The position numbers and the translations under genes are program-made. Below are positions 1-9,354 of a DNA stretch of 46,762 nt, in pieces. Position 1 is the stretch's first letter. The number at the start of each line of letters is the position of its first letter. The stretch is from Eubacteriales bacterium (GTDB taxonomy: Bacteria; Bacillota; Clostridia; Oscillospirales; CAG-272): assembly GCA_045534215.1 (NCBI GenBank), contig JAZSJG010000077.1, positions 1 through 46,762 on the forward strand, read 5' to 3'. The notes under the pieces are model-generated. The model searched no databases. It was not told where the DNA came from and saw only the letters and a program-made list of their open reading frames with translations.

Positions 1-686
1 ACAAGCACATATTCACCCTTTGGCTCTTTTTCTGTATATGTATTCAGTGCTCCCAAAAGAGTAGTTCTGATTATTTCCTCGTTAAGCTTGGTAAGCTCGC
101 GGCACAAGGATATGCGTCTTTGCTCTCCGAAGATTTCGCACATATCCGAAAGAGTAGCGATAAGCTTGTGAGGCGCTTCGTAAAATATCATTGTGCGTTC
201 TTCGTAAACAAGTGCCTCAAGGCGCTTATGGCGCTCATTTTTTTGTGCAGGTAAAAATCCCTCGAAGGTAAATCTTGCACTTGAAATTGCAGAAAGTGCA
301 AGTGCTGACACTGCAGCACACGGTCCCGGCACAACCGAAACCGTGATACCGTTTTCGTGACAAAGTGAAACAAGATCTTCGCCGGGGTCACTTATTGCAG
401 GCATTCCGGCATCTGTTATAAGCGCGCAGCTTTCTCCTGCAATCAGGCGCTCAAGTATTTTTTGTCCGCTGACCTTCTTGTTATGTTCGTAATAGCTTAC
501 GGTATTGTTTTTGATTTTAAGACTTGATAAAAGCTTCATTGCACAGCGTGTGTCTTCTGCTGCAATGAAATCTACCTCCGAAAGAGTCTTTATCGCTCTT
601 TCAGAAATGTCGGCGAGATTTCCAATAGGAGTTCCGACAAGATAAAGAGTAGAGGGGTTTATTTTATTCTTTTCATTTTCGCTCAT
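1..686 (-). CDS. rsmI: 16S rRNA (cytidine1402-2'-O)-methyltransferase RsmI, N-terminal ~228 aa (3' end runs off the window)
   Basis: Absent from the ORF track because it is open to the window edge. My translation from ATG at 684-686 (minus) reads MSENEKNKINPSTLYLVGTPIGNLADISERAIKTLSEVDFIAAEDTR...ALITDAGMPAISDPG, which is typical RsmI. An SD (AAAGGTGAG) lies just upstream. The position downstream of the yabB-like gene matches Bacillus. Confidence 0.85.
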   Translation of the reverse strand, partial: MSENEKNKINPSTLYLVGTPIGNLADISERAIKTLSEVDFIAAEDTRCAMKLLSSLKIKNNTVSYYEHNKKVSGQKILERLIAGESCALITDAGMPAISDPGEDLVSLCHENGITVSVVPGPCAAVSALALSAISSARFTFEGFLPAQKNERHKRLEALVYEERTMIFYEAPHKLIATLSDMCEIFGEQRRISLCRELTKLNEEIIRTTLLGALNTYTEKEPKGEYVL

Positions 687-692
687 TTTTTC

Positions 693-1448
693 TCACCTTT
701 TGAATCCCTTGGGGAAATTGCCACATGACATAATGTAATCCATTTCTTGAGAATAGCTATTATGCGTCGTGTCCGAATAAATAATCAGTGGGCGTGTGAG
801 TTGAACACCGCTTCTGGCACCTTTTTTACCCTCAATTAGAACCATAGAGGATTCACACGCAGTATCTGCATAAACAAATGTTAAACGCTTAGGTTCAATA
901 GATGCAGATCTCATGGCGGTCATAATATCTGTAAGTCGGTCCGGTCGGTATACGGCATAAAAGAGTGCGCCAAATTTAAGCATGGAAGAGGCAGCTTTGC
1001 AAAAATCTTCAATGCTTCCGAAAATCTCGTGTCTTGCGATATTTTTTTTGGGAATTCTATTTTCTATGCCGGACGTGGATTTCATATAGGGGGGGTTAGT
1101 AAATACAAGGTCATATTTTTCTTTTTCAGTGGTAAAGCGCACGTCAATAGCTACAGATGTCAGTCTTTCGTTGAGGGAGTTGAGCTCAGCGTTGCGCTTT
1201 GTAAGGTCCGCATACTCTTCTTGAACCTCATATGCTGTGACAAAATCCGCTTTTTGACGGCTGAGCAGAAGCATGGAAATTATTCCCGTGCCCGAGCCAA
1301 TCTCTGCGGCGTATTCATATTTGCCGCTAACGTATGCGGCAAGCAGCAGTGCGTCTGTCCCAAAGGTCAATCCGTCGGTTTTTTGTATGAGACGCAGGTC
1401 GTCATTTACATTATCGCACCGCTCATTTTCATATATAAAAGTGTTCAT
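693..1448 (-). CDS. SAM-dependent N6-adenine methyltransferase, YabB/TrmN6-like (tRNA1(Val) m6A37 family)
   Basis: SAM-binding motif AAEIGSGTGIISMLL and catalytic NPPY motif (VFTNPPYM). Sits between ricT/holB and rsmI, as B. subtilis yabB does. Confidence 0.8.
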   Translation of the reverse strand: MNTFIYENERCDNVNDDLRLIQKTDGLTFGTDALLLAAYVSGKYEYAAEIGSGTGIISMLLLSRQKADFVTAYEVQEEYADLTKRNAELNSLNERLTSVAIDVRFTTEKEKYDLVFTNPPYMKSTSGIENRIPKKNIARHEIFGSIEDFCKAASSMLKFGALFYAVYRPDRLTDIMTAMRSASIEPKRLTFVYADTACESSMVLIEGKKGARSGVQLTRPLIIYSDTTHNSYSQEMDYIMSCGNFPKGFKR

Positions 1449-1465
1449 AACAACACAATTCTCCT

Positions 1466-1493
1466 GAAAGAAAAAGCGGAGCTTAACTCTCCG
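1466..1493 (-). terminator. Weak intrinsic terminator after the ferredoxin gene
   Basis: 6-bp stem GCGGAG (1476-1481) / CTCCGC (1488-1493). On the minus strand it is followed by TTTTTCTTTC. Confidence 0.35.
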
Positions 1494-1517
1494 CCTTTTC
1501 GATATGTTTATTTGGAA

Positions 1518-1688
1518 TTACTCCTCGGCAGGAGCGTTGACAGGGCAAACATCTGCGCAAGCACCGCAGCTGATGCACTCGTCTTCATTGATAACATACT
1601 TGCCGTCGCCTTCGGAAATGCAAGAAACGGGGCAACCGTCTGCACAAGCGCCGCAGCTGATGCAATCATCAGAAATCTTATAAGCCAT
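1518..1688 (-). CDS. 2x[4Fe-4S] clostridial-type ferredoxin (56 aa)
   Basis: MAYKISDDCISCGACADGCPV...CISCGACADVCPV contains two CxxCxxCxxxCP motifs. I chose the ATG at 1688 (SD GGAGGT 7 nt upstream) rather than the track start at 1724. Confidence 0.9.
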   Translation of the reverse strand: MAYKISDDCISCGACADGCPVSCISEGDGKYVINEDECISCGACADVCPVNAPAEE

Positions 1689-1798
1689 TCTAAGTACCTC
1701 CAAAATTATTAGTGACAATAACATTGTAACATATTTGTAGGAAAAATCAATACCATTTTGAAAAAAATTATTAAATGGGGCGATTTTACAAGGAAATT

Positions 1799-2725
1799 TT
1801 ATACTTGGTCAGTGTCATCTTCATTTTCTGATGCGTTTTTCTTGCCTCGCCATTCAAGAACCTTGATGTCAGAAACTTTGTATGTTTTTAAAATATCCTT
1901 ATCGTTATCCGTCAGCTTGACTTTAATTTCTGAGCAAAGGGGCTTTATTTCGGTTACCGTGCCCACACCGTCAGGTGTTTTAACCAATGAGCTTACAGGG
2001 GGAATTGACTTCATTGCTTCTTCATACACGTCATGCTCATATCTTAAACAGCACATAAGTCTGCCGCAAGCGCCTGAAATTTTTGCGGAATTAAGTGAAA
2101 AATTCTGTTCCTTTGCCATTTTAATTGAGACTTGAACAAAATCACTGAGGAATCCTGAGCAGCAGAATTTCCTTCCGCAAATTCCGAGTCCGCCCATCAT
2201 TTTCGCCTCGTCGCGTATCCCAATCTGACGCAGCTCAATTCTCGTTCTGAAAGTTGATGCAAGGTCCTTTACAAGCTCTCTGAAATCTACGCGCGTTTCG
2301 CAGGTGAAGTAAAAAATCAGCTTGGAATTGTCGAAGGTATATTCTACAGCCACCAAGGACATATCAAGTCCGTGAGCAGCTATTTTTTTCTTACATATAA
2401 GTGCCGCTTCAAATTCTGTTTCACGGTTTTTTCTATCTTTAATCAAATCTTGCTTTGTCGCCGGACGCGTAACCTCCTTAAGAGGCGTCGTTATTTTTGA
2501 TGATGGTACTTTTTTATTTTTAATTTTTACCGTTCCTATTTCAACTCCGCGAGCAGTCTCGACAATAACCCTCTCGCCTACGGCAAAGCTGTATTTGCCG
2601 GGAGCAAAATAATATATTTTTCCGGCTTCTCTAAAGTTTATACCGATAATTTCCACAGAACTGTCAGAGGGATTTTGATTATCAGATGTGTTTTGTATTT
2701 GTTCGTTTTTTATATCTTCTTTCAT
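1799..2725 (-). CDS. ricT: PSP1-domain protein RicT/YaaT
   Basis: PSP1-type core (GICGRKFCCSGFL...GACGRLMCCLRYE Cys clusters). Lies immediately downstream of holB, as in Bacillus. Confidence 0.85.
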   Translation of the reverse strand: MKEDIKNEQIQNTSDNQNPSDSSVEIIGINFREAGKIYYFAPGKYSFAVGERVIVETARGVEIGTVKIKNKKVPSSKITTPLKEVTRPATKQDLIKDRKNRETEFEAALICKKKIAAHGLDMSLVAVEYTFDNSKLIFYFTCETRVDFRELVKDLASTFRTRIELRQIGIRDEAKMMGGLGICGRKFCCSGFLSDFVQVSIKMAKEQNFSLNSAKISGACGRLMCCLRYEHDVYEEAMKSIPPVSSLVKTPDGVGTVTEIKPLCSEIKVKLTDNDKDILKTYKVSDIKVLEWRGKKNASENEDDTDQV

Positions 2726-2747
2726 TTTTCAACCTTTCTATTCGAGC

Positions 2748-3779
2748 TTACAAAAGCTTGATTTTAGCCGATATATCCGAAATGATAGTAGAAACCGTCA
2801 CGTTTTTCCCAAGGTCTGTAATGGCTTCTGAAATTATATCGTAAAGCTTAATAAGCCGTTTTGTATCCATTGCAGAAGCAAGCGTTAAAGCATCAGTGTG
2901 TGAGGAAAAAAACACAAGTGGTGATTTCTCTGAAAGACGCACGATTATAATATCTCTTATTGCTGTTACAAGCACCTCAAGCTGCTCTGAAAACTCTGCT
3001 TTTGACTGTGGGAGCTTTGATAGTGCGGAATGAACCTTGGTAAAGGATACACCCGGCTTCATCGCGTATATTATCTGCTCTGTGGTTCGTCTTTCTTCCG
3101 CTGTGCTTTCGGCTTTTTTCGAGGAAAGAAGGTTTAACGCTGTACCGATTTTTCCGCCTGAGCTCATAATGACGTCGTTAAGCAGGCTGGGCGATACCTT
3201 TTCTAAGAGTATTGCTCTTTCGTCACGAAGAAGGTATTCCTTTAATTCATTTTTTTCAAAAAGCTGCATCGAAATGCACTGAGTACGGCTTTTAATAGTC
3301 GTAAGTATTTTATCCGATGTTTTGGCAAGCAAGAAAATTACAACGTTTGACGGTGGCTCTTCAAGAACGGTTAGTAAGGCGTTTTGCGCATTAGTGGTAA
3401 GCTTATCTGCGTCCTCAATGATGTATATTTTGTAGCTTGACTCAGTTGAAGAAAGGTACATATCAGAACGAAAAATTCTAACCTCTTCAACTCCTACAGT
3501 TGCCTTGTTGTCTGATTTTTTCAGTCGCTTTATATCGATGTAATTACCGTCGAAAATTCTTTTGCAAGTATTGCATTTACAGCAGGGGAGAGCAAATTTC
3601 GGATTATTTTTGTTTTCACAGTTAAGTGCAGCCGAAATCTCAAGCGTTAAAGTCTTTTTACCCGAGCATTCATCACCGGTTATAAGAAAGGCATGTGGCA
3701 GTGTTGAGGATTCAACAGCTTTGCCAAGACGCTCCTTCAAGGAGTCGTTTCCGTAAAGATTTTGAAAGTAAACTCTCAT
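2748..3779 (-). CDS. holB: DNA polymerase III delta-prime subunit
   Basis: AAA+ clamp-loader features: HAFLITGDECSGKKT (degenerate P-loop), Zn module CxxCxxCxxC-like CCKCNTCKR, LLTVLEEPP and the SRTQ sensor. Synteny with ricT. Confidence 0.85.
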   Translation of the reverse strand: MRVYFQNLYGNDSLKERLGKAVESSTLPHAFLITGDECSGKKTLTLEISAALNCENKNNPKFALPCCKCNTCKRIFDGNYIDIKRLKKSDNKATVGVEEVRIFRSDMYLSSTESSYKIYIIEDADKLTTNAQNALLTVLEEPPSNVVIFLLAKTSDKILTTIKSRTQCISMQLFEKNELKEYLLRDERAILLEKVSPSLLNDVIMSSGGKIGTALNLLSSKKAESTAEERRTTEQIIYAMKPGVSFTKVHSALSKLPQSKAEFSEQLEVLVTAIRDIIIVRLSEKSPLVFFSSHTDALTLASAMDTKRLIKLYDIISEAITDLGKNVTVSTIISDISAKIKLL

Positions 3780-3966
3780 ACAGCTCCTTTCCCGAATAAG
3801 CGCAGTTTAATTTTGTGCGTCTACCTTTATATTGTAACACCTATTTGCTAAAAAGTCAATTTTTTTAGTGAAAATATTGTATTCTGTAAAAAGTTGTGAT
3901 AAAATAAATAAATAGCAGGCATTCGTGCTCTCATTTGGCAGCGAATGCGTAACAAGGAGAATCTTT

Positions 3967-5901
3967 ATGAACAAGTTTTACATCACAACAGCCATCGCTT
4001 ATGCTTCAAGAAAGCCCCATTTCGGCAACACATATGAAATTATAATGGCAGATGCATTCGCTCGTTTTCAGCGCCGTATGGGTAAGGATGTTTTTCTTTG
4101 CACAGGTACAGATGAGCATGGACAGAAAATAGAAAATCTTGCAAATGAGGCAGGAATAACTCCTAAAGCATACGTTGACAACGTTGCAGGTGAGATAAAG
4201 GGAATTTGGGATTTGATGAATGTCAATTATGACCATTTTATCAGAACAACAGACGAGTATCATGAAAAAACTGTTGCCAAAATTTTCAAAAAGTTTTATG
4301 AAAAGGGCGATATTTACAAGGGGTATTACGAAGGATGGTATTGCACTCCATGTGAGTCGTTCTTCACAGAAACTCAAGTAAATGACGGTAAATGTCCCGA
4401 TTGCGGACGCCCTGTGTCACAGGCAAAGGAAGAGGCATATTTCTTCAAAATGTCTAAATATGCCGACCGACTGATGAAGCATATCGAGCAAAACCCCGAA
4501 TTCATTGAGCCGGAGAGCAGAAAGAAGGAGATGGTTAATAATTTCCTAAAAGCAGGTCTTCAGGACCTCTGCGTTTCAAGAACTTCGTTTAAGTGGGGAA
4601 TTCCCGTAGATTTCGACCCCAAGCATGTAGTTTACGTTTGGCTTGATGCACTTACTAATTACATCACAGCCCTCGGTTACGACCCCGATAAATCATATGA
4701 AGAGCAAAACGAAAAATTCTTGAAGTACTGGCCGTGTGATGTTCACATAATAGGTAAGGATATTCTTCGCTTCCATACAATATATTGGCCAATATTCCTT
4801 ATGGCTCTTGATATTCCTCTTCCGAAAAAAGTATTTGGACATCCTTGGTTCAATTTCGGAAATGACAAAATGAGCAAATCCAAAGGAAATGTTGTCTTTG
4901 CAGATGAGCTTGCAGAAGTTTTCGGAGTTGACGGTGTAAGATATTATGCACTCGCAGAGATGCCTTATAATTCTGACGGGTCTATCACGTACGAAAGTGT
5001 TATTTCACGTTACAATAATGATTTGGCAAATAATCTTGGTAACCTTGTAAGCCGTACCCATGCAATGACTAAAAAATATTTTGACGGTATAGTTCCTACA
5101 CCTGCCGAAGAAACAGAGCTTGATAAGGATTTGAAGCAAACCGTAAAAAATGCTATCGCAAAGTCAACCTCTCTTATGGACAGCTATAGGGTTGCGGATT
5201 CACTTGACGAAATATTTGCAATGCTTAGAAGAGCAAATAAATATATAGATGAAACAACTCCTTGGCTCCTTGCTAAAAATGAGTCAGACCGTCCTCGTCT
5301 TGCAACGGTAATATATAATCTTCTTGAAGTTATCAGAGTTTCTGCCGTTCTTCTCTACCCCTATATAACCAAGACAGCAGAGGCAATATTTACACAGCTT
5401 GCGACAGATAAAACCGATTTTTCGACAGTAGAATCATTCGGCTCTCTAGAATCCGGCAAGCTGTTGGGTGAAGCGTTCACTCTGTTTGCAAGAATTGATG
5501 AGAAGAAGTTTTTTGAGCAAATGGAGCAAAAGCAAAAAGAGATGCAAAATTCACAGCCGATTACTGAACCGGAGCACGAAGCTGAGATTGCTATTGACCA
5601 TTTTGCAGGTGTAGAGTTGAGAGTTGGCGAAATACTTGAATGTGAGCCAATTCCGAAGGCCAAGAAGCTCCTTAAGCTTCAGGTTGATCTCGGATACGAA
5701 AAACGCCAAGTTGTTTCCGGTATCGCGAAATTTTACACGCCTGCCGAGCTTATCGGGAAAAAGGTTATAATAGTAGCGAATCTTAAGCCGGCGAAGCTTT
5801 GCGGAGTGGATAGTTTTGGAATGCTGCTTGCATCCGGCGAAGATGATGTTAAGGTCGTTTTCCTTGATAAATCTGCTAAAAACGGAGACAGAGTACACTG
5901 A
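3967..5901 (+). CDS. metG: Methionyl-tRNA synthetase with C-terminal tRNA-binding (Trbp111/EMAP-like) domain
   Basis: Class I motifs PHFGNTYE (HIGH-like) and KMSKSKGN (KMSKS). Zn knuckles CTPCE...CPDCG. C-terminal VELRVGEI...KLLKLQVDLG OB fold. Start moved to ATG 3967 (SD AAGGAGA at 3954-3960) from the track start at 3925. Confidence 0.95.
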   Translation: MNKFYITTAIAYASRKPHFGNTYEIIMADAFARFQRRMGKDVFLCTGTDEHGQKIENLANEAGITPKAYVDNVAGEIKGIWDLMNVNYDHFIRTTDEYHEKTVAKIFKKFYEKGDIYKGYYEGWYCTPCESFFTETQVNDGKCPDCGRPVSQAKEEAYFFKMSKYADRLMKHIEQNPEFIEPESRKKEMVNNFLKAGLQDLCVSRTSFKWGIPVDFDPKHVVYVWLDALTNYITALGYDPDKSYEEQNEKFLKYWPCDVHIIGKDILRFHTIYWPIFLMALDIPLPKKVFGHPWFNFGNDKMSKSKGNVVFADELAEVFGVDGVRYYALAEMPYNSDGSITYESVISRYNNDLANNLGNLVSRTHAMTKKYFDGIVPTPAEETELDKDLKQTVKNAIAKSTSLMDSYRVADSLDEIFAMLRRANKYIDETTPWLLAKNESDRPRLATVIYNLLEVIRVSAVLLYPYITKTAEAIFTQLATDKTDFSTVESFGSLESGKLLGEAFTLFARIDEKKFFEQMEQKQKEMQNSQPITEPEHEAEIAIDHFAGVELRVGEILECEPIPKAKKLLKLQVDLGYEKRQVVSGIAKFYTPAELIGKKVIIVANLKPAKLCGVDSFGMLLASGEDDVKVVFLDKSAKNGDRVH

Positions 5902-6695
5902 TGAAATATTTTGATTCTCATTCGCATTACTATGACGAGCGATTTGAATCTGAATGTGATATGGGCGTCGATGAATTAATCGACGCCCTGCTTTCAACAT
6001 CTTGCTCGGGAATAATCAATGTAGGTACTTCTCCTACGACATCCAGACTTGCTGTGGAACAGGCAAGAAAAAACGATAAGATGTATACCGCAATAGGTAT
6101 ACACCCAAGTGATTCTCAATATCTGAATACAAGTTTAGAAGAAGCGCTTTTGGACATAGAGAACATTATTAAATCACCCGGCAGCAAATGTGTTGCACTT
6201 GGAGAAATAGGTTTGGATTATCATTATCCAGATACAAACCGCGAGCTTCAAATGCTTTATTTTAATGAGCAAATGCGCCTTGCGGAGCATCTTAACCTTC
6301 CGGTTTCAATACATGACAGAGATGCGCACGGTGACGTTATGGACGTATTACGTAAATATAAGAATGTAAGAGGCGTTCTCCATAGCTTCTCCGGCTCTTG
6401 TGAAATGGCAGAAGAGCTTGTCAATATGGGATATATGATATCTTTTTCAGGAACTCTTACCTTTACAAATGCGCGCAGACCTAAACAGGTGGCGGCAATT
6501 CTTCCAAAAGAGTCAGTTATGATAGAAACGGATGCACCTTACCTTGCCCCCCATCCAAACAGGGGTAAAATCAATCATTCGGGATATCTTGAATACACAA
6601 ACCGTACACTTTCCGAAATCCTTGGAATCACCGAAGAAGAAGGTGCATCGCTAACAGAAAAAAATGCAAAAAGATTTTTTGGAATTAACGATTAG
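5901..6695 (+). CDS. tatD: TatD-family metal-dependent hydrolase (YabD-like)
   Basis: FDSHSHY N-terminal HxH motif, GEIGLDYHY, SIHDRDAH, ETDAPYL. The start overlaps the metG stop (cTGATGa). The metG-tatD pairing is conserved in Firmicutes. Confidence 0.9.
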   Translation: MKYFDSHSHYYDERFESECDMGVDELIDALLSTSCSGIINVGTSPTTSRLAVEQARKNDKMYTAIGIHPSDSQYLNTSLEEALLDIENIIKSPGSKCVALGEIGLDYHYPDTNRELQMLYFNEQMRLAEHLNLPVSIHDRDAHGDVMDVLRKYKNVRGVLHSFSGSCEMAEELVNMGYMISFSGTLTFTNARRPKQVAAILPKESVMIETDAPYLAPHPNRGKINHSGYLEYTNRTLSEILGITEEEGASLTEKNAKRFFGIND

Positions 6696-6702
6696 TATAA
6701 TA

Positions 6703-6750
6703 GCGTGTAGAAATTTACGGCAATAACATGCCTTTTCTACACGCTTTTTT
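6703..6750 (+). terminator. Intrinsic terminator after tatD
   Basis: 11-bp stem GCGTGTAGAAA (6703-6713) / TTTCTACACGC (6734-6744), followed by TTTTTT (6745-6750). Confidence 0.7.
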
Positions 6751-6784
6751 AATAAAAATATATGTCGGTGTATTTAATTTAGAT

Positions 6785-7957
6785 TTATTTTATTAAAGAC
6801 GTTGGACGGTTAAACATAGCTTCAAACATCATTAGATATTCAACGGGAACGTGCATTATATCAAAGCTTATACCCATAAATCCGTATTCTCCTATTGCCT
6901 CGAGCTTCGATTTTACGTTTTCAAGAGATTCGAATGCAACATTCATTATTTCTTTTTTTCCCGCCTTGTATCTATTGTAGGTGAAATGGCAAATCCCTTT
7001 TTCTTGGTCCTCAAGTATTTCAAGCCCGGAGCTGTATGCTTGGCTTGTCGCTTCTCTTCTGGATGCCGCTTCACCTCCTATATAAGCAAATGGGGAGAGA
7101 TCTATATATGCTTTGTTCGGCTCATGTTCCTTTGCAAAGCTAAGCATCATTTGTCTTTCTCCGTTATCAAATGAAGGGATTTCTTCAAGTGAGGATTTTT
7201 CATACATTATTACATACCCGTCGGCAATGTCGGGTATTTTAATTTCTTCATTTCCGTCAAGCTCAATATAGAGTAAGAGCTCGGAATCAAGAAGACGCTT
7301 TCTCAACTTTACAACTGAATTTGCAAATTCCTCCATGTTTTCAGCCATTGCTTTGTATGAGGCAAGAGTTATACCGTCAAAGTTTTTTTCTTTTGCAAGG
7401 TTAACTAACGCTTCGCTATATTCGTCGTCAATGTCACCATTACCACTGTCGTCGTAAATACGCACGAGTGCAATTTTTCCCTGTCTTTTTGCATAGGTAA
7501 CCGCTTCGTCCGCTGTTGTGTTTACCTCTACTGTGTTTCCTTTCCTCTTTCCTGCAGATACGGTAAGATGTGTTAAGTAAGGCAATGTAAGCATAAAGCG
7601 TTCGTTAGAGGTGTTTTTATAGTAATATCCGTTGGCACAAGCCATTCCGTAATACGGAGTATCATGCTTTATCGTAAGTAATTGTCCCGGGTAGATTTTA
7701 TCCGTCCCGGCAAGATATGGATTTGCCGAAAGTAAAGAATTATACTTCACTCCAAACCGGTCGGATATTCGGTATAAGGTATCTGAGCCCCGTACTGTAT
7801 AGGTTCTTGTAGGCAGAAGTATTAATAGCTGCTGTCCGACCGCCAATTTGTCGGGTGTTAACAGCTCGTTATTTTCTATTATTTTCATGGGCGAGGTGGA
7901 ATATTGTCTTGCAATTTTGAAAATTGTGTCACCCGGGCGTACAGTGTGTATTATCAT
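6785..7957 (-). CDS. Two-LysM plus GH18-like domain protein (spore YaaH/SleL-like), catalytic motif degenerate
   Basis: Two N-terminal LysM repeats (HTVRPGDTIFKIARQY...; YTVRGSDTLYRISDRFGV...). No signal peptide. The C-terminal domain has a GH18-like layout. Confidence 0.7.
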   Translation of the reverse strand: MIIHTVRPGDTIFKIARQYSTSPMKIIENNELLTPDKLAVGQQLLILLPTRTYTVRGSDTLYRISDRFGVKYNSLLSANPYLAGTDKIYPGQLLTIKHDTPYYGMACANGYYYKNTSNERFMLTLPYLTHLTVSAGKRKGNTVEVNTTADEAVTYAKRQGKIALVRIYDDSGNGDIDDEYSEALVNLAKEKNFDGITLASYKAMAENMEEFANSVVKLRKRLLDSELLLYIELDGNEEIKIPDIADGYVIMYEKSSLEEIPSFDNGERQMMLSFAKEHEPNKAYIDLSPFAYIGGEAASRREATSQAYSSGLEILEDQEKGICHFTYNRYKAGKKEIMNVAFESLENVKSKLEAIGEYGFMGISFDIMHVPVEYLMMFEAMFNRPTSLIK

Positions 7958-8050
7958 AGCAATTTCATCCTTTCTTTATAGTATTTTATTCGCTCGTGTA
8001 TTATTTGTGCTCCAAAAGTAAATAATTTAGACATCTTAAAAAGGGAGAAA

Positions 8051-9319
8051 ATGAAAATGAGTGAAATAGTAAAAATATCCGCAAGAGAAGTTCTGGACTC
8101 GCGTGCAAATCCAACGGTTGAAGCTGAGGTACGACTTGCTTCCGGGGCACTCGGACGCGCTATGGTTCCATCAGGCGCATCTGTCGGAAAGCATGAAGCT
8201 GTAGAGCTTCGTGATGCATTTGCGGAAAGGTATAATAAAAAAGGCGTATTGACGGCAGTGAAGAACGTCAATACCGTAATATGCGATGCCCTTACGGGAG
8301 TAGATTCTTCTGACATAAGACGCGCAGACTCTATTATGATAACACTTGACGGAATGTATAATAAGTCGAATCTCGGAGCAAACGCAATTCTTGCTGTTTC
8401 TCTTGCTATAGCCAGAGCCGGCGCAAAGGAGCTTGGTATTCCGCTTTACAGATATCTTGGAGGCGCTATTCTTAATTGTATGCCAATACCCATGATGAAT
8501 ATTCTCAATGGCGGAATTCATTCCGGAAACAACGTTGACATTCAGGAATTCATGATAGTACCGACCGGAGCGACATCCTTTTGTGAGGGTGTAAGAATGT
8601 GCGCCGAGGTTTATCATAAGCTTCGCAATATACTTTCGTCTAGTTCACTCTCCACAGATGTCGGTGATGAGGGAGGATTTGCACCAATGCTTATGTCTGA
8701 CAGAGAAGCACTCGATTTAATTTTACATGCCATATCCGAATCCGGATACAAGGCAGGAAGTGATTTTTTTCTCGCTATTGACGCTGCTGCTTCAGAATGG
8801 AAGGTTGATGCCGGTTATGTAATGCCTAAAAGAAAAACGCGATATACCTCCGATGAACTTGTAGAATACTTTTCAAGCTTGATATACAAATACCCAATTA
8901 TCAGTGTTGAGGACCCGCTTGGCGAAGATGATATCTACGGTTGGAAGAGGATGAGTGAAAGGTTTTCATCTGAAAAAATAATGCTTGTCGGTGACGACCT
9001 TTTTGTCACGGATTCGGAGAGAATAAAGCATGGTATTAGCGAAAAATACGCTAATGCCGTACTCATAAAGCCAAACCAGATAGGCACACTTAGCGAAGCG
9101 GCAGATGCGGTTTTTACAGCAAAACGCGGCGGATATAAAACGATATTATCACACAGAAGCGGAGAAACAGAGGATACTTTTATTGCAGATCTTTCTGTCG
9201 CACTCGGATGCGATTTTATAAAAATGGGAGCTCCAGCAAGGGCTGAGCGCACGTCAAAATACAATCGACTTATGAAAATAGAGTCGGAAATGTTCGCTGC
9301 CGATTATGGTAATATTTGA
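8051..9319 (+). CDS. eno: Enolase (phosphopyruvate hydratase)
   Basis: REVLDSRANPTVEAEV, PSGAS, DIQEFMI, GDEGGFAP, SVEDP, VGDDLFVT, IKPNQIG, SHRSGETED. Catalytic and metal residues appear to be present. Confidence 0.9.
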   Translation: MKMSEIVKISAREVLDSRANPTVEAEVRLASGALGRAMVPSGASVGKHEAVELRDAFAERYNKKGVLTAVKNVNTVICDALTGVDSSDIRRADSIMITLDGMYNKSNLGANAILAVSLAIARAGAKELGIPLYRYLGGAILNCMPIPMMNILNGGIHSGNNVDIQEFMIVPTGATSFCEGVRMCAEVYHKLRNILSSSSLSTDVGDEGGFAPMLMSDREALDLILHAISESGYKAGSDFFLAIDAAASEWKVDAGYVMPKRKTRYTSDELVEYFSSLIYKYPIISVEDPLGEDDIYGWKRMSERFSSEKIMLVGDDLFVTDSERIKHGISEKYANAVLIKPNQIGTLSEAADAVFTAKRGGYKTILSHRSGETEDTFIADLSVALGCDFIKMGAPARAERTSKYNRLMKIESEMFAADYGNI

Positions 9320-9354
9320 TATTAAAAAATAAAGAATACTATTGAAAAAAATAG

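Noticed and set aside
188-391. A 67-aa minus-strand ORF from the track.
   Set aside because: It lies out of frame inside the rsmI reading frame, which runs uninterrupted from 686 to the window edge.
1029-1712. A 227-aa plus-strand ORF spanning the methyltransferase and ferredoxin genes.
   Set aside because: It is antisense to two well-supported genes and crosses their intergenic terminator. The composition is not protein-like.
3780-3966. A possible Met T-box or S-box upstream of metG, and the N-terminal extension in the track ORF (3925).
   Set aside because: The 187-bp region must hold two divergent promoters, and I saw no conserved riboswitch helices. The ATG at 3967 has a strong SD and gives the canonical MetRS N-terminus.
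8051-9319. The enolase looks divergent (ASVGKHEA, GGIHSGNN, CDFIKMGAPARAERTSKY) and could be a non-glycolytic paralogue.
   Set aside because: All catalytic and metal-binding positions I can place by eye are retained (Ser of PSGAS, QEF Glu, DEGG Glu, AID Asp, VED Glu, GDD Asp, IKPNQ Lys, SHRSGE His, IKMG Lys). Without the rest of the genome I cannot tell whether another copy exists.
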